This document shows positions 1-9,006 of a stretch of 20,000 nt of DNA, piece after piece (position 1 is the stretch's first letter; each line of letters begins with the position of its first letter). The DNA comes from an uncultured delta proteobacterium. GTDB taxonomy: Bacteria; Desulfobacterota; Desulfobacteria; Desulfobacterales; SG8-13. A program made the translations under genes and the position numbers. The notes beneath the pieces were generated by a model. That model saw only the letters and a program-made list of their open reading frames with translations. It searched no databases and was not told the DNA's origin. Where the stretch lies: positions 1,198,538 through 1,218,537 of the forward strand of contig CAWKCK010000017.1 in NCBI GenBank assembly GCA_963848135.1, read 5' to 3'.

Positions 1-44
1 TCGTCGACGCTGACTTCGAAGAGGTCAAAGAAGACAAAAAATAG
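1..44 (+). CDS. dnaK: C-terminal end of chaperone DnaK (Hsp70), partial
   Basis: Frame from position 3 reads VDADFEEVKEDKK* (TAG 42-44), the characteristic DnaK C-terminal tail; followed by a strong terminator. Confidence 0.85.
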   Translation, partial: VDADFEEVKEDKK

Positions 45-64
45 ACTTTATAGCGAAAACATTT

Positions 65-101
65 AAAAAAAACCGCGGTGAAAAAGCACCGCGGTTTTTT
101 T
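65..101. terminator. Bidirectional intrinsic terminator
   Basis: A8-CCGCGGTG-AAAAAG-CACCGCGG-T7: perfect 8-bp GC stem flanked by an A-tract and a T-tract, between convergent dnaK and GDPD genes. Confidence 0.9.
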
Positions 102-285
102 ATGCTTCCTTTTTACTGAAGTACAGATTGACCAATGCCGCTGTGGAGGTCCCCACTATCAGCAGAAAAGAAATCGTGAGGATGCCCCACGCCGGCCAGA
201 TCGAAATTGTCGCGGCTGGCTTTCGGGTAGCCGTTGAGGATGCATATTGAAAGCGGTGTTTCTATGATCATAGCAATATCCTGAA

Positions 286-1143
286 TTATTCTGTCCCCGG
301 TTCAGTGGGTCCGTACGTTTCCATTGACACGGCCTGAGGCCGGCCGGTGATCCGGGTCAGACGCTGCGGAAAATCGGTAATGATACCTGCCGCACCGGCA
401 GCGATGAATCGCTGTATGTCTTTCTCTTTGTTCACCGGCCAGACATTGACAGCGATCCCCTTTTCAGCCAGCTGTCCAATGATGCGATAATCGATCAGCG
501 TGTAGCGGGCGTTGTAGGTTTTGAATTCCAATTGTCCCCAGTCCAAAGGCTTGATCTTGGAATAACCGATCAATGCCTGGACCTCTATATCGGGTCTGAG
601 AACCTGGATTTTCTTCAACCACTCGTGGTTGAAGGATGATAGGACCAGATGTTTGCTGTCGAGATTCAGTCGGTCTACGAGCGCCAGTACCCGCTCGACA
701 ACCGGAAAAGCGGTCATTGGGGTCGGCAAGTATTTCATTTCGACATTGATCCGCCAGTTTGACTCCCTGGTGAAAAGCAAGGCGTCTTCCAGGGTGGGAA
801 TTTTTGCGCCCCGATACGCCGTTTGTTCCTCCCGCGATACGCTTCCGTCAATTATCTGGCCGAATGGGTCCGTATCGAGAAACCAGGATCCGCAATCCAA
901 CCTCTGTAGCTCGGTCAACGCAAAGCCGGTGACGTTCCATGGTGCCCGGCCGGGAAAAACAGCTCGGGCATCGGTTGTACGGGTTAGTGCGTCATCATGG
1001 AACAGGATGAGCGCCTCGTCAGCACAAACGGCCAAATCAGTTTCCCACATGTCGGCACCGGATTCCAATGCCTTTCGTGCCGCTTGTAGTGTGTTCTCCG
1101 GTGCCAGGCTTCGCGCCCCGCGATGGGCGATATTGAGAACCAT
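286..1143 (-). CDS. Glycerophosphodiester phosphodiesterase (GDPD, UgpQ/GlpQ family)
   Basis: Motifs IAHRGA, PENT, E-T-D, HD, IPTLED, NVEMK, SSFN and GIITDFP; no signal peptide, so probably cytoplasmic. Confidence 0.93.
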   Translation of the reverse strand: MVLNIAHRGARSLAPENTLQAARKALESGADMWETDLAVCADEALILFHDDALTRTTDARAVFPGRAPWNVTGFALTELQRLDCGSWFLDTDPFGQIIDGSVSREEQTAYRGAKIPTLEDALLFTRESNWRINVEMKYLPTPMTAFPVVERVLALVDRLNLDSKHLVLSSFNHEWLKKIQVLRPDIEVQALIGYSKIKPLDWGQLEFKTYNARYTLIDYRIIGQLAEKGIAVNVWPVNKEKDIQRFIAAGAAGIITDFPQRLTRITGRPQAVSMETYGPTEPGTE

Positions 1144-1211
1144 GGTATTTGTTCCTGTGTAAGGAGTAATGGACGGCAGGTGTCGGAGGCCTTCGGATAG
1201 CCTACCGGAAA

Positions 1212-1240
1212 TAAATAAGCCAGGGGGTGGGGTGTGTCAA
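1212..1240 (-). promoter_or_regulatory. Possible sigma70 promoter for the GDPD gene
   Basis: Minus strand TTGACA (1240-1235), 17 bp, then TATTTA (1217-1212); perfect -35 but weak -10. Confidence 0.35.
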
Positions 1241-1457
1241 CATGAAAGCTGTAAGGACCAACGGTCACCTCTACCGAATTATCCGAAGAAAGTGACCGCG
1301 GCAGGATCCCGCATAGGCAAACTCCCGGATGACTTGCTGCAATCACAGTGGATGTGTTATGCAGTCCACATACAAACCGGTGAACTATAGCGTATCTCAA
1401 TCGATGTGCATGAGGCTTAAAGATGACGCGGAAGACATTGCACCAAAGAAGGGCAAG

Positions 1458-2837
1458 ATGACCAGTGTAACTGGAATGCTCACCTTGGATTCTCTCTCCC
1501 GTCTTGTGGCCGATGAACAGATCGACACGGTGGCGGTCGTTTTCCCGGATATTTACGGGCGCCTTATGGGAAAGCGGATCGACGGTAAATTTTTTATAGA
1601 CCACATTGCCAAAGAGGGAACCCATGCCTGTAATTACCTGCTGACGGTCGATATGGAAATGACGCCTGTTCCCGGTTACGATTTTGCCAACTGGGAAAAG
1701 GGTTATGGTGACTTTCATCTGGTACCGGATTTGAAGACGCTGCGGAAGATCAGCTGGCAGGATCGGACCGCCATGGTATTCTGTGACCTGCACAACTCAT
1801 CGGACCGCACCCCGGTTGCACTGGCACCACGGTCGATTCTCAGAAAACAGGTACAGTCGGCCGCCGGACAGGGATTCCGGGCAATGGTCGGATCTGAGCT
1901 GGAGTATTTCCTGTTCAGAGACTCTTACCGGGATGCCAATCGAAAGAAATATACCGCCCTCGAGCCGGCAGGTTGGTATCTCGAAGACTATCATATGCTC
2001 CAGGGCACACGCGAGGAGAACTTCAACGGCGCCGTCCGGCGCCATTTATCCCGTTCCGGAATTCCGGTGGAGTGCTCGAAAGGAGAATGGGGCCGCGGTC
2101 AGCATGAAATCAATGTCCGGTACTGTGACGCCCTGGAGATGGCCGACCGCCACACCGTCTACAAGCAGTGCATGAAGGAAGTCGCCGATCAACTTGATTG
2201 CAGCGTAACTTTCATGGCAAAGTATGCTGCCGACCAGGCCGGTTCCAGTTCGCATATCCATTTGAGCCTGTGGAACACCAAAGGCAATGCGTTTGACGGC
2301 AATGAATCCATCGGCCCGATACAGGGCTCGGAGACATTTCGCTGGTTTTTAGGGGGCTGGCTGGCCCACGTACCAGAATTCATGGTTTTTTACGCGCCAA
2401 CGGTGAATGCCTACAAACGCTACCGCAGCGGTTCCTGGGCGCCAACGCGTATCGCCTGGAGCCACGACAATCGCACAGCCGGTTTCAGGGTTGTCGGCCA
2501 GGGGAGCAGCCTTCGCATCGAATGCCGTATCCCGGGAGCCGATTGCAACCCGTATCTGGCGATTGCCGCCGCCATCGCCTCGGGCATGGACGGTATTGCC
2601 AACCGTATCGAACCGCCCGAGAACTTCGCTGGAGACGTATATGCCGCTTCGAATCTCGCCCGTGTTCCACAGCATCTGTCGGCAGCACAGCTGAATTTCC
2701 AGAACAGCAGTTTTGTACGCCAGGTCCTCGGTGATGCGGTAGTAGACCATTACGCCCGGTTCTTCGCGGTTGAACAGGAAGCCTTCGAAAATGCGGTCAC
2801 GGACTGGGAACGTCAACGCTATTTTGAAAGGATCTAA
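1458..2837 (+). CDS. Glutamine synthetase-like protein, GlnA4/PuuA-type gamma-glutamylamine synthetase
   Basis: GS motifs DIYGRLMGKR, ELEYFLF, EWGRGQHEIN, TFMAK, GSSSHIHLSL, DNRT and RIECRIPGADCNPY; GlnA4-clade segment CNYLLTVDMEM...WEKGYGDF. Start moved to ATG 1458 (AAGAAGGG upstream, 459 aa); the ORF track's 1329 start adds a non-homologous extension. Confidence 0.9.
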   Translation: MTSVTGMLTLDSLSRLVADEQIDTVAVVFPDIYGRLMGKRIDGKFFIDHIAKEGTHACNYLLTVDMEMTPVPGYDFANWEKGYGDFHLVPDLKTLRKISWQDRTAMVFCDLHNSSDRTPVALAPRSILRKQVQSAAGQGFRAMVGSELEYFLFRDSYRDANRKKYTALEPAGWYLEDYHMLQGTREENFNGAVRRHLSRSGIPVECSKGEWGRGQHEINVRYCDALEMADRHTVYKQCMKEVADQLDCSVTFMAKYAADQAGSSSHIHLSLWNTKGNAFDGNESIGPIQGSETFRWFLGGWLAHVPEFMVFYAPTVNAYKRYRSGSWAPTRIAWSHDNRTAGFRVVGQGSSLRIECRIPGADCNPYLAIAAAIASGMDGIANRIEPPENFAGDVYAASNLARVPQHLSAAQLNFQNSSFVRQVLGDAVVDHYARFFAVEQEAFENAVTDWERQRYFERI

Positions 2838-2839
2838 GG

Positions 2840-3613
2840 ATGAGACTGAAAGGTAAAGTGGCTGTTATTACTGGTGCGGCCAGCGGCATCGGAAGAGCAT
2901 CGGCGCTGCTCTTCGCCGGCGAAGGCGCCGCGGTGGCAGCCTGCGATATCAATGAAGACGGCGCCGCGGAAACCGTTTCCCTAATCCGCAAAACCGGCGG
3001 TGAAGCGCTCAGCGTGCATGCGGATGTATCGCAAGCCGTTGATTGCAAGAAAATGATCGCCATTGCCGAAAAAAATTTCGGAACAATCAACATCTTGTTC
3101 AACAATGCCGGCATTATGGACGGCCGGGATGACAATGCGGTGACCACCGACGAGGCGGTCTGGGATCTTACCATGGCGATCAACCTGAAAGGCGTATTTC
3201 TGGGGTGCAAATACGGAATACCCGCCCTGAAGAGAGCCGGTGGTGGGGCCGTGATTAATACCGCCTCGTTTGTGGCGATTCTCGGCGCCGCCACGCCACA
3301 GATTGCCTATACCGCCAGCAAGGGCGGGGTGCTGGCCATGACGCGCGAGCTTGCCGTCGTGCACGCTCGGGAAAATATTCGTGTAAACGCTCTCTGCCCC
3401 GGACCACTGAAGACCGAGCTTCTAATGAAATTTCTCGACACCGAAGATAAGCGTCAGCGGCGCCTGATTCACGTCCCTATGGGTCGCTTCGGCGAAACCG
3501 ATGAAATGGCACGGGCAGCCCTATTCCTGGCCTCGGACGAGGCCTCCTATATTACGGGTGCGACCTTCACGGTTGACGGCGGCATCACTGCCGCTTATGT
3601 AACACCCGAGTAA
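2840..3613 (+). CDS. Classical short-chain dehydrogenase/reductase (resembles SDRs of glnA4 clusters)
   Basis: TGAASGIG Rossmann motif, NNAG, catalytic S and YTASK, VNALCPGP, VDGG; starts 2 bp after the GS stop, implying one operon. Confidence 0.93.
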   Translation: MRLKGKVAVITGAASGIGRASALLFAGEGAAVAACDINEDGAAETVSLIRKTGGEALSVHADVSQAVDCKKMIAIAEKNFGTINILFNNAGIMDGRDDNAVTTDEAVWDLTMAINLKGVFLGCKYGIPALKRAGGGAVINTASFVAILGAATPQIAYTASKGGVLAMTRELAVVHARENIRVNALCPGPLKTELLMKFLDTEDKRQRRLIHVPMGRFGETDEMARAALFLASDEASYITGATFTVDGGITAAYVTPE

Positions 3614-3749
3614 CTCTATAGGCAATTCAATGACCTCCCGCAAAATCGGATGAGTGGTATGTTAACCGCTCAAAGCGGCCATTTAAGACCATCAGCGCAC
3701 GCAATCCGCCGGCCATTGAATTTTTCTCAAATATCTCCCTTCAATTGAA

Positions 3750-3992
3750 TCAGACCATCGATTGATCTAATCGCATTTTGCGAAACCATTTTTCCATGTC
3801 CGCACCTTTGTTCCAACTTTCGATCAACCCTTCTAAAATATCAATTTTCCGTTGCTTCTCATTATTTATTTCTTTTTGAATTTGTTCATCTGTAAAGGAC
3901 GACTCATCAACGCTTCCGGAAACCAATCGTACCCGAAGTTTCACAGTGTGTTCAAATTCGTGATCGACAAAATCAAATGCAATCTCACTCAT
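3750..3992 (-). CDS. Small hypothetical protein (80 aa)
   Basis: GAGGG RBS about 6 nt upstream of ATG; protein-like charged composition; no family recognised. Confidence 0.55.
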   Translation of the reverse strand: MSEIAFDFVDHEFEHTVKLRVRLVSGSVDESSFTDEQIQKEINNEKQRKIDILEGLIESWNKGADMEKWFRKMRLDQSMV

Positions 3993-4523
3993 TTTTTTCC
4001 CTCATGGTTCAGAAGACTTATTTTCTGATATTCTGTGGAAAACGGTATGTCATTGGGTCGAGATTTTACCCCGCTCGGGTGGCATCTAAAATACCTGTGG
4101 CAACGCTTAACCAGTCCACGATTATACTGAACACCATGCCTAAAAGAACCACATCTGCCGATTACAATTTCACATCACAAGCGGATGTCACCGTATTGTG
4201 TAAATAGGATATCCCAAGTGTTTATTCAATAAAAATCCCGTGAATCTAAATCGAATCGACAAAACCCCAAATCTGATAATTGTTTCCGTATTAATGTGGC
4301 GTTTTCATATCTGTCATATTTGTTTGAGGAAACAGCTCATTTGGCATTTTGTTCTCATCTGGTGAAACGGTGATTACTAATAGAAAGATTTAGAATGTTA
4401 CTATTTTCAGGTAGATATGTTAAAATATATCAATGCCATAATGAAAGGCACCAAGCGTACGGCAATAAATAGGACCCAACTTCACACATTCTTTAAAAAT
4501 GCAACAGAAGTAAGGAATTGTAA

Positions 4524-5651
4524 GTGAAACCAGTCGGTAATAACCCGGAAGAGACAGTAAAATGGTATTTAGAGGCCGTGGCGGATACAGACAGGGAATG
4601 GATGGTTGCCGTCAAGCCACTTCCTTTTATCATTGGCCGCGATGAAGACTGCGAACTTAAGTTGACTGCCAAGCGGATTTCCAGGCGCCATTCCGAGATT
4701 CGTGAAAGTGGTGATCATCTTTGGATTCGCGATCTTGAAAGCACCAATGGCACTTTCGTGAACCACAAGAAGATCGAGCAGGCAGAATTGCTCGAATCGG
4801 GTGACATAATTTCCATTGGGGATTTTAATTTTTACATTAAAAACGTTGAATCTAATACAACATCCACGATGAGTAAAACTATCTCCATGGATATTTCTCA
4901 AGAGTTAAATTACTTGGACTCTATGAGGCCCAAGCTGCGAGCGTTGCTTTTTGAGCGAACCGTTATCCCTCATTTCCAACCAATCGTAAAGTTCTCAGAT
5001 ATGACAGTAACGGGGTACGAAATTCTCGGAAGGATTCCTAATGGAGACTTACCATCAAACCCTTCCGAGCTTCTAGAAATGGCTCAGTGTTTAGGGTATG
5101 CCTCTGAACTCAGCGCCCTTTTCCGTGATGTAGGCGTTGACATTGGGAGAAACCTACCGGGATCTCCTATTTTGTTTGTCAATACGACGCCAATGGAAGT
5201 TTACAAGATGAATGTTCTCTTAGAATCGCTAAGGAAGATTCATGATATGGTCCCCTCGAACAGAATCGTACTCGAAATTCATGAAAAGGCTATCACCGAC
5301 ATGAATGAGATGTCGAGACTCCGCAATGGGTTGGAAAAGCTGAACATAGGTCTGGCATTTGATGACTTCGGCGTTGGCCAAACGCGGCTGATGGAGCTCG
5401 CAAAGGCGCCTCCGGATTATCTTAAATTTGACGCATCCCTCATCCAGCATATCCACCTGGCACCGAGGCGGTTGCATCAAATGGTTTCTACCTTTGTCAA
5501 AGCAGCCCAAGACCTTGGAATTGCCACCATTGCAGAGGGAATTGAATGCTCTAATGAGGCTGAAAAATGCCAACAGCTTGGCTTTAATTTCGCGCAAGGC
5601 TTTTTCTATGGCAGGCCTTTGCCCATAACCGAAATCAATATCAGCTCATAA
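4524..5651 (+). CDS. FHA-EAL domain protein (putative c-di-GMP phosphodiesterase)
   Basis: FHA motifs IGR, SRRHS and DLESTNGTFVN; EAL motifs FQPIV, YEIL, FVN, VLEIHE, DDFG, YLKFD, AEGIE and QGFFYGRP; AAGGA RBS before GTG. Confidence 0.92.
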   Translation: MKPVGNNPEETVKWYLEAVADTDREWMVAVKPLPFIIGRDEDCELKLTAKRISRRHSEIRESGDHLWIRDLESTNGTFVNHKKIEQAELLESGDIISIGDFNFYIKNVESNTTSTMSKTISMDISQELNYLDSMRPKLRALLFERTVIPHFQPIVKFSDMTVTGYEILGRIPNGDLPSNPSELLEMAQCLGYASELSALFRDVGVDIGRNLPGSPILFVNTTPMEVYKMNVLLESLRKIHDMVPSNRIVLEIHEKAITDMNEMSRLRNGLEKLNIGLAFDDFGVGQTRLMELAKAPPDYLKFDASLIQHIHLAPRRLHQMVSTFVKAAQDLGIATIAEGIECSNEAEKCQQLGFNFAQGFFYGRPLPITEINISS

Positions 5652-5671
5652 TAGATAAATCCCTTTAATCA

Positions 5672-5734
5672 CCAGGTCATATCCCTCGAAAATCCTCAAA
5701 AACTAAAATTCGTATTGTGAAAATGAATCGCAAC
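5672..5734 (+). repeat. Intergenic repeat family A, copy 1
   Basis: CCAGGTCATATCCCTCGAAAATCCTCAAAAACTAAAATT; 30/39 identical to 12108-12146 (exact 16-mer TCGAAAATCCTCAAAA) and 31/39 to 15874-15912, by manual alignment. Confidence 0.75.
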
Positions 5735-6154
5735 TGCGCCTATTTAAGGAGAATGTATTCAGCCGTTCCGACTATTGACAGTACAATTTTAGTACATAAA
5801 CTACTTCTCATCGGGATATAAATGCCTTAAGAGGGTCATGTATTGACCGCTATACCATAAATTTCTCTTCAAACAATCATTCTTCCATCTTCCTTTACTC
5901 CCGGACACAGCGGTACTTTTTGGGCAGAAAGAGTAGCGTTCCATTCGCAGAAAAATCTGCCGGACAGTATACCACTTCTCTATTTGTCTCAAACTTCAGA
6001 TTTAACATAAGGGAGCAATCTTACTGCTGACCACAAAACGCGAACCTGCACCCCGACTCTATAATTGGTATTTTAGTCAAAGATGAACACCGATTTTTAT
6101 ACAATAACGTCATGCATAACGAATCACGCCATATTCGCCATAGGAGAATAAGTT

Positions 6155-6574
6155 ATGTCAACAGAAACTGAAGTCCGCAAAATTTCAGAACAATTCTACA
6201 AAGCATTGAACCGTATGGTCAATGGGGATGCCGGTCCACTGGCAGACATCTGGTCGCACAGCAAGACCGTTACGACCATGCACCCGAGAGGTGGGCGAGA
6301 AATCGGCTGGGATGCCGTCAGGGAATCGTTTGAGCAAGTCGCCCAATTGTCCTCAGACGGAAAGGTTGGACTGAAAGATCAACTCATCCAGGTCGCCGGG
6401 GATGTGGCCTACGAAATAGGCACCGAGCATGGGCAGTTTAGGCTTGCCGGACAGCAGGTCACCATCGATCATCGCGTCACGAACATCTATCGCCATGAAT
6501 CGGGGGTGTGGAAGATCGTCCATCACCATACTGATGTTTCTCCGAATATGTTGGATGTGATCAGTCACATGTAA
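6155..6574 (+). CDS. NTF2/SnoaL-like (DUF4440-type) protein
   Basis: HPRGG..GW, GDVAYE and RVTNIYR...WKIVHHH pattern; AGGAG RBS. Confidence 0.88.
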   Translation: MSTETEVRKISEQFYKALNRMVNGDAGPLADIWSHSKTVTTMHPRGGREIGWDAVRESFEQVAQLSSDGKVGLKDQLIQVAGDVAYEIGTEHGQFRLAGQQVTIDHRVTNIYRHESGVWKIVHHHTDVSPNMLDVISHM

Positions 6575-6609
6575 GCCGATACGTAAGCAACCTTATTATC
6601 GCTCGGTAT

Positions 6610-6899
6610 GCCAAGTTCACGGCTGGCAGTGCGTGTTCGGGCATGTACAGAGGTCTGCGGCTCTGGGAGGCTGCTGTGAAAGTGGCCGGCTCGCTAAGAC
6701 AAGAGAGGATGTCATCAATGCACTAAACCACGCAAAGATCGCTGAGGGGCCGGGGGATCCAGGGGAAATGGTGCCCGGTCAGCATCTCGTTCGAATGAAC
6801 ATGTACATTGCCCAGGCAAACAACGGTACTTTCAAGATTGTCGAGAGCCTGGGGGGCATTAATCCAAAGGAGTGCATGCAAGGTTTATATAGTAAGTAA
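6610..6899 (+). pseudogene. C-terminal fragment of an AmiC/UrtA-like (branched-chain/amide) ABC substrate-binding protein, frameshifted
   Basis: Frame from 6610 reads AKFTAGSACSGMYRGLRLWEAAVKVAGSLRQE; after 2 extra nt (AG at 6706-6707) it continues DVINALNHAKIAEGPGDPGEMVPGQHLVRMNMYIAQANNGTFKIVESLGGINPKEC. The N-terminal part is absent. Confidence 0.7.
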
Positions 6900-6980
6900 A
6901 CAAGATCCGTGTCGATGACCTCTTGGTGGCCTTGAGCGCGTCGAACAATGGCTGACGAGAATCGCGGGGCACAGCGTATA

Positions 6981-7019
6981 GCGGTCCGGTTGCAACAACC
7001 GGCGCTACAACCGGACCGC
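6981..7019. repeat. GC-rich inverted repeat (REP-like hairpin)
   Basis: GCGGTCCGGTTG (6981-6992) / CAACCGGACCGC (7008-7019): perfect 12-bp stem, no T-tract. Confidence 0.6.
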
Positions 7020-7048
7020 CAGGCGCACACTCTCGAAGGAATAGATCC

Positions 7049-7210
7049 ATGAGAAATGTAATTCGTCAATCAGTCGTATTATCAGCTTCCCCTGAAAAAC
7101 TATTTGAAATGTACATTAATCCCTCGACCCACCAGGCCATCACGGGTGAGCCGATCGATATTGGAGATAAAAGAGGTTCTGAATTAAAGATGGTCCTTTC
7201 CATGATTTGA
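7049..7210 (+). pseudogene. Truncated SRPBCC/AHSA1-like gene (N-terminal 53 codons)
   Basis: AAGGA RBS; MRNVIRQSVVLSASPEKLFEMYINPSTHQAITGEPIDIGDKRGSE resembles the N-terminus of AHSA1/SRPBCC proteins, then ends prematurely at TGA 7208-7210. Not in the ORF track. Confidence 0.65.
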
Positions 7211-7245
7211 TAGTAACAGACTAAATTGATAAAGAGGACGTCGCC

Positions 7246-8148
7246 ATGAAAAACGTATTGAGAACCCCGGATGAACGCTTCCTTGATCTTCCTGATTTCC
7301 CGTTCGATCCGGTTTACATCGACGATTTAAAGGACTTTGAAGGCTTACGGATGCACTACGTAGACGAAGGCCCTCAAATTGCAAATAACGTTTTTCTGTG
7401 TTTGCACGGCGAACCAACATGGGGCTTCCTTTACCGGAAAATGATCCCGCGTTTTACGGATGCGGGTAATCGCGTGGTCGCACCGGATTTTTTCGGTTTC
7501 GGTCGTTCAGACAAACCGGTGGACGAAACAGTGTATACGTTTGAATTTCACCGCAATTCGCTGATTGCCTTTATTGATCATTTAGACCTTAAAAACATCA
7601 CCCTCGTTTGCCAGGACTGGGGCGGTCTTCTGGGGCTCACATTGCCAATGATCATGCCGGAACGATTTTCCCGCCTGCTCATCATGAACACAACTCTCGG
7701 TACTGGTGATGTTCAACTTTCCCAAGGCTTTCTCGATTGGCGCTCCTGGGTTAGAAAGAATCCTGACCTTTCACCTGCCAGGCTGCTAAAGCTCACCTGT
7801 CCGCATTTGTCGGAGCGAGAGTGTGATGCTTATGACGCACCATTTCCGGATACCAACTACAAAGCCGGTGTTCGTTGTTTCCCTGAATTGGTGCCTGATC
7901 GACCCGCCGCACCCGGCGCGGAATTGTCACGCAGAGCACGCGAGTGGTTGCGCAACAAGTGGACCGGGCCGGTATTCATGGCCGTTGGGATGAAAGATCC
8001 AGTACTGGGCCCACCGGTGATGCAGGTACTTCGCAATGACATTCGGAACTGCCCCGAACCATATGAACTTCATGAGGCCGGGCATTTTGTTCAAGAATGG
8101 GGTGAAGAGGTTGCCACAGAAGCGCTGGAGGCTTTGAACAATAACTAA
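7246..8148 (+). CDS. Haloalkane dehalogenase, HLD-I (DhlA-like)
   Basis: LRTPDERF start, HGEPTW, GFGRSDKP, nucleophile QDWGG, second halide-binding W (FLDW), acid GMKDP and base AGHFVQE. Confidence 0.9.
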   Translation: MKNVLRTPDERFLDLPDFPFDPVYIDDLKDFEGLRMHYVDEGPQIANNVFLCLHGEPTWGFLYRKMIPRFTDAGNRVVAPDFFGFGRSDKPVDETVYTFEFHRNSLIAFIDHLDLKNITLVCQDWGGLLGLTLPMIMPERFSRLLIMNTTLGTGDVQLSQGFLDWRSWVRKNPDLSPARLLKLTCPHLSERECDAYDAPFPDTNYKAGVRCFPELVPDRPAAPGAELSRRAREWLRNKWTGPVFMAVGMKDPVLGPPVMQVLRNDIRNCPEPYELHEAGHFVQEWGEEVATEALEALNNN

Positions 8149-8255
8149 ACCCGCTTGGTAAAATCTCTGTAATAGAATGAAATCAAGAGCCTTCGAATGT
8201 GGTTCAAAAAATTCTGATTCGTATTTTATAAACACCCAAACATGAGGAGGAAATA

Positions 8256-8807
8256 ATGAAAAACTTGACGCTCAATTATGAAACCCTCATCAAGATCTCT
8301 CGATCCCTATCAAAATCAAAGGATCCGGAAAAAATCATCCAAATGACCGTGGAGAGTATCAAAACAGCTTTAGGCATCAAGGGATGCGCATTGTTTTTGG
8401 TTAATACGCAGTCAAAAGAATTGGAGGTTGCTGCTTCGACAGGACTAAGCTCTGAGTATTTGAACAAGGGCAAAGTGAGCGTTTTACGCTCGATTGCCGA
8501 ATCTCTTGAAGATGGCCCGGTAGCAGTTTATGATGTAAGCGATGACCCCAGGATACAATATCCCGAGGCCGCCAAAAAGGAGGGCATCGCCTCCATACTT
8601 TCTGTACCTATCTTTGTCGGTGATGCAGCCATCGGTGCAGTGCGGGTTTATGCATCCGAAAAATGGGAATTTACATTGGACGATGTCAACTTCGTTCAAG
8701 CTTTGGCCCAGATTGCAGGCATCCTAATAGAAATGAGTCGTTTATACAAAGGTCAGAATGAATACATTGACGTCTTGACAATTAGTTGTGAGTCTCCAGC
8801 TCTATAG
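8256..8807 (+). CDS. Standalone GAF domain protein
   Basis: GLS..YL.KG, DDPRIQYP, EGIASILSVPI, IGAVRVY and F...LA pattern; GAGGAGG RBS. Confidence 0.88.
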   Translation: MKNLTLNYETLIKISRSLSKSKDPEKIIQMTVESIKTALGIKGCALFLVNTQSKELEVAASTGLSSEYLNKGKVSVLRSIAESLEDGPVAVYDVSDDPRIQYPEAAKKEGIASILSVPIFVGDAAIGAVRVYASEKWEFTLDDVNFVQALAQIAGILIEMSRLYKGQNEYIDVLTISCESPAL

Positions 8808-8901
8808 ATTTATGCCAAATCCGTAACCGTAGGTACTTTTTATTTTACCGCATTTACCGACATCAAGGCATTGTGTTTGGGTTTTTTAACCTATCCTTCC
8901 T

Positions 8902-8987
8902 TAGGGACAATTACCCTATTATGGTAAAATATGCCCATTTAAACGTGGTTTTACCCTATTGAAAAAGCTCCAGAACATCGATATGTG
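8902..8987 (+). promoter_or_regulatory. Promoter module with three 20-bp-phased boxes abutting a TTGAAA -35 (copy 1)
   Basis: TACCC 8912, TGCCC 8932, TACCC 8952; TTGAAA 8959-8964; similar to 10739-10825. Confidence 0.5.
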
Positions 8988-9006
8988 ATACCTAATTTGA
9001 GCGATT

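Noticed and set aside
1190..1370. Several hairpins and a GGCAAAC motif suggesting a c-di-GMP-I riboswitch
   Set aside because: No GNRA-capped P2 or GCAAAGC/P3 receptor arrangement follows, so it cannot be supported without an Rfam scan.
1169..1390. 73-aa ORF in the GDPD/GS divergent spacer, and the 1329 start for GS
   Set aside because: AAGGAG is only 2 nt from the ATG, there is no recognisable homology, and it overlaps the expected divergent promoter region. GS homology begins near 1458.
3624..3722. AATTCAATG/CATTGAATT inverted repeat with internal small hairpins at the core/accessory boundary
   Set aside because: Only 9 bp and AT-rich; no tRNA fragment or att duplication visible to make it an island boundary.
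6000..6027. Perfect XerD half-site ATTTAACATAA (similar at 12026 and 18361; loose dif-like 28-mer at 12369-12396)
   Set aside because: No convincing XerC arm at 6-bp spacing for the best copies, and AT-rich spacers make such matches plausible by chance. Worth rechecking against the host's own dif sequence.
8810..8822. 13-mer TTATGCCAAATCC shared with the IS end (17877-17889); possible sigma54 -24 box on the minus strand
   Set aside because: No extended homology and no TTGC -12 element at the correct spacing; likely chance.
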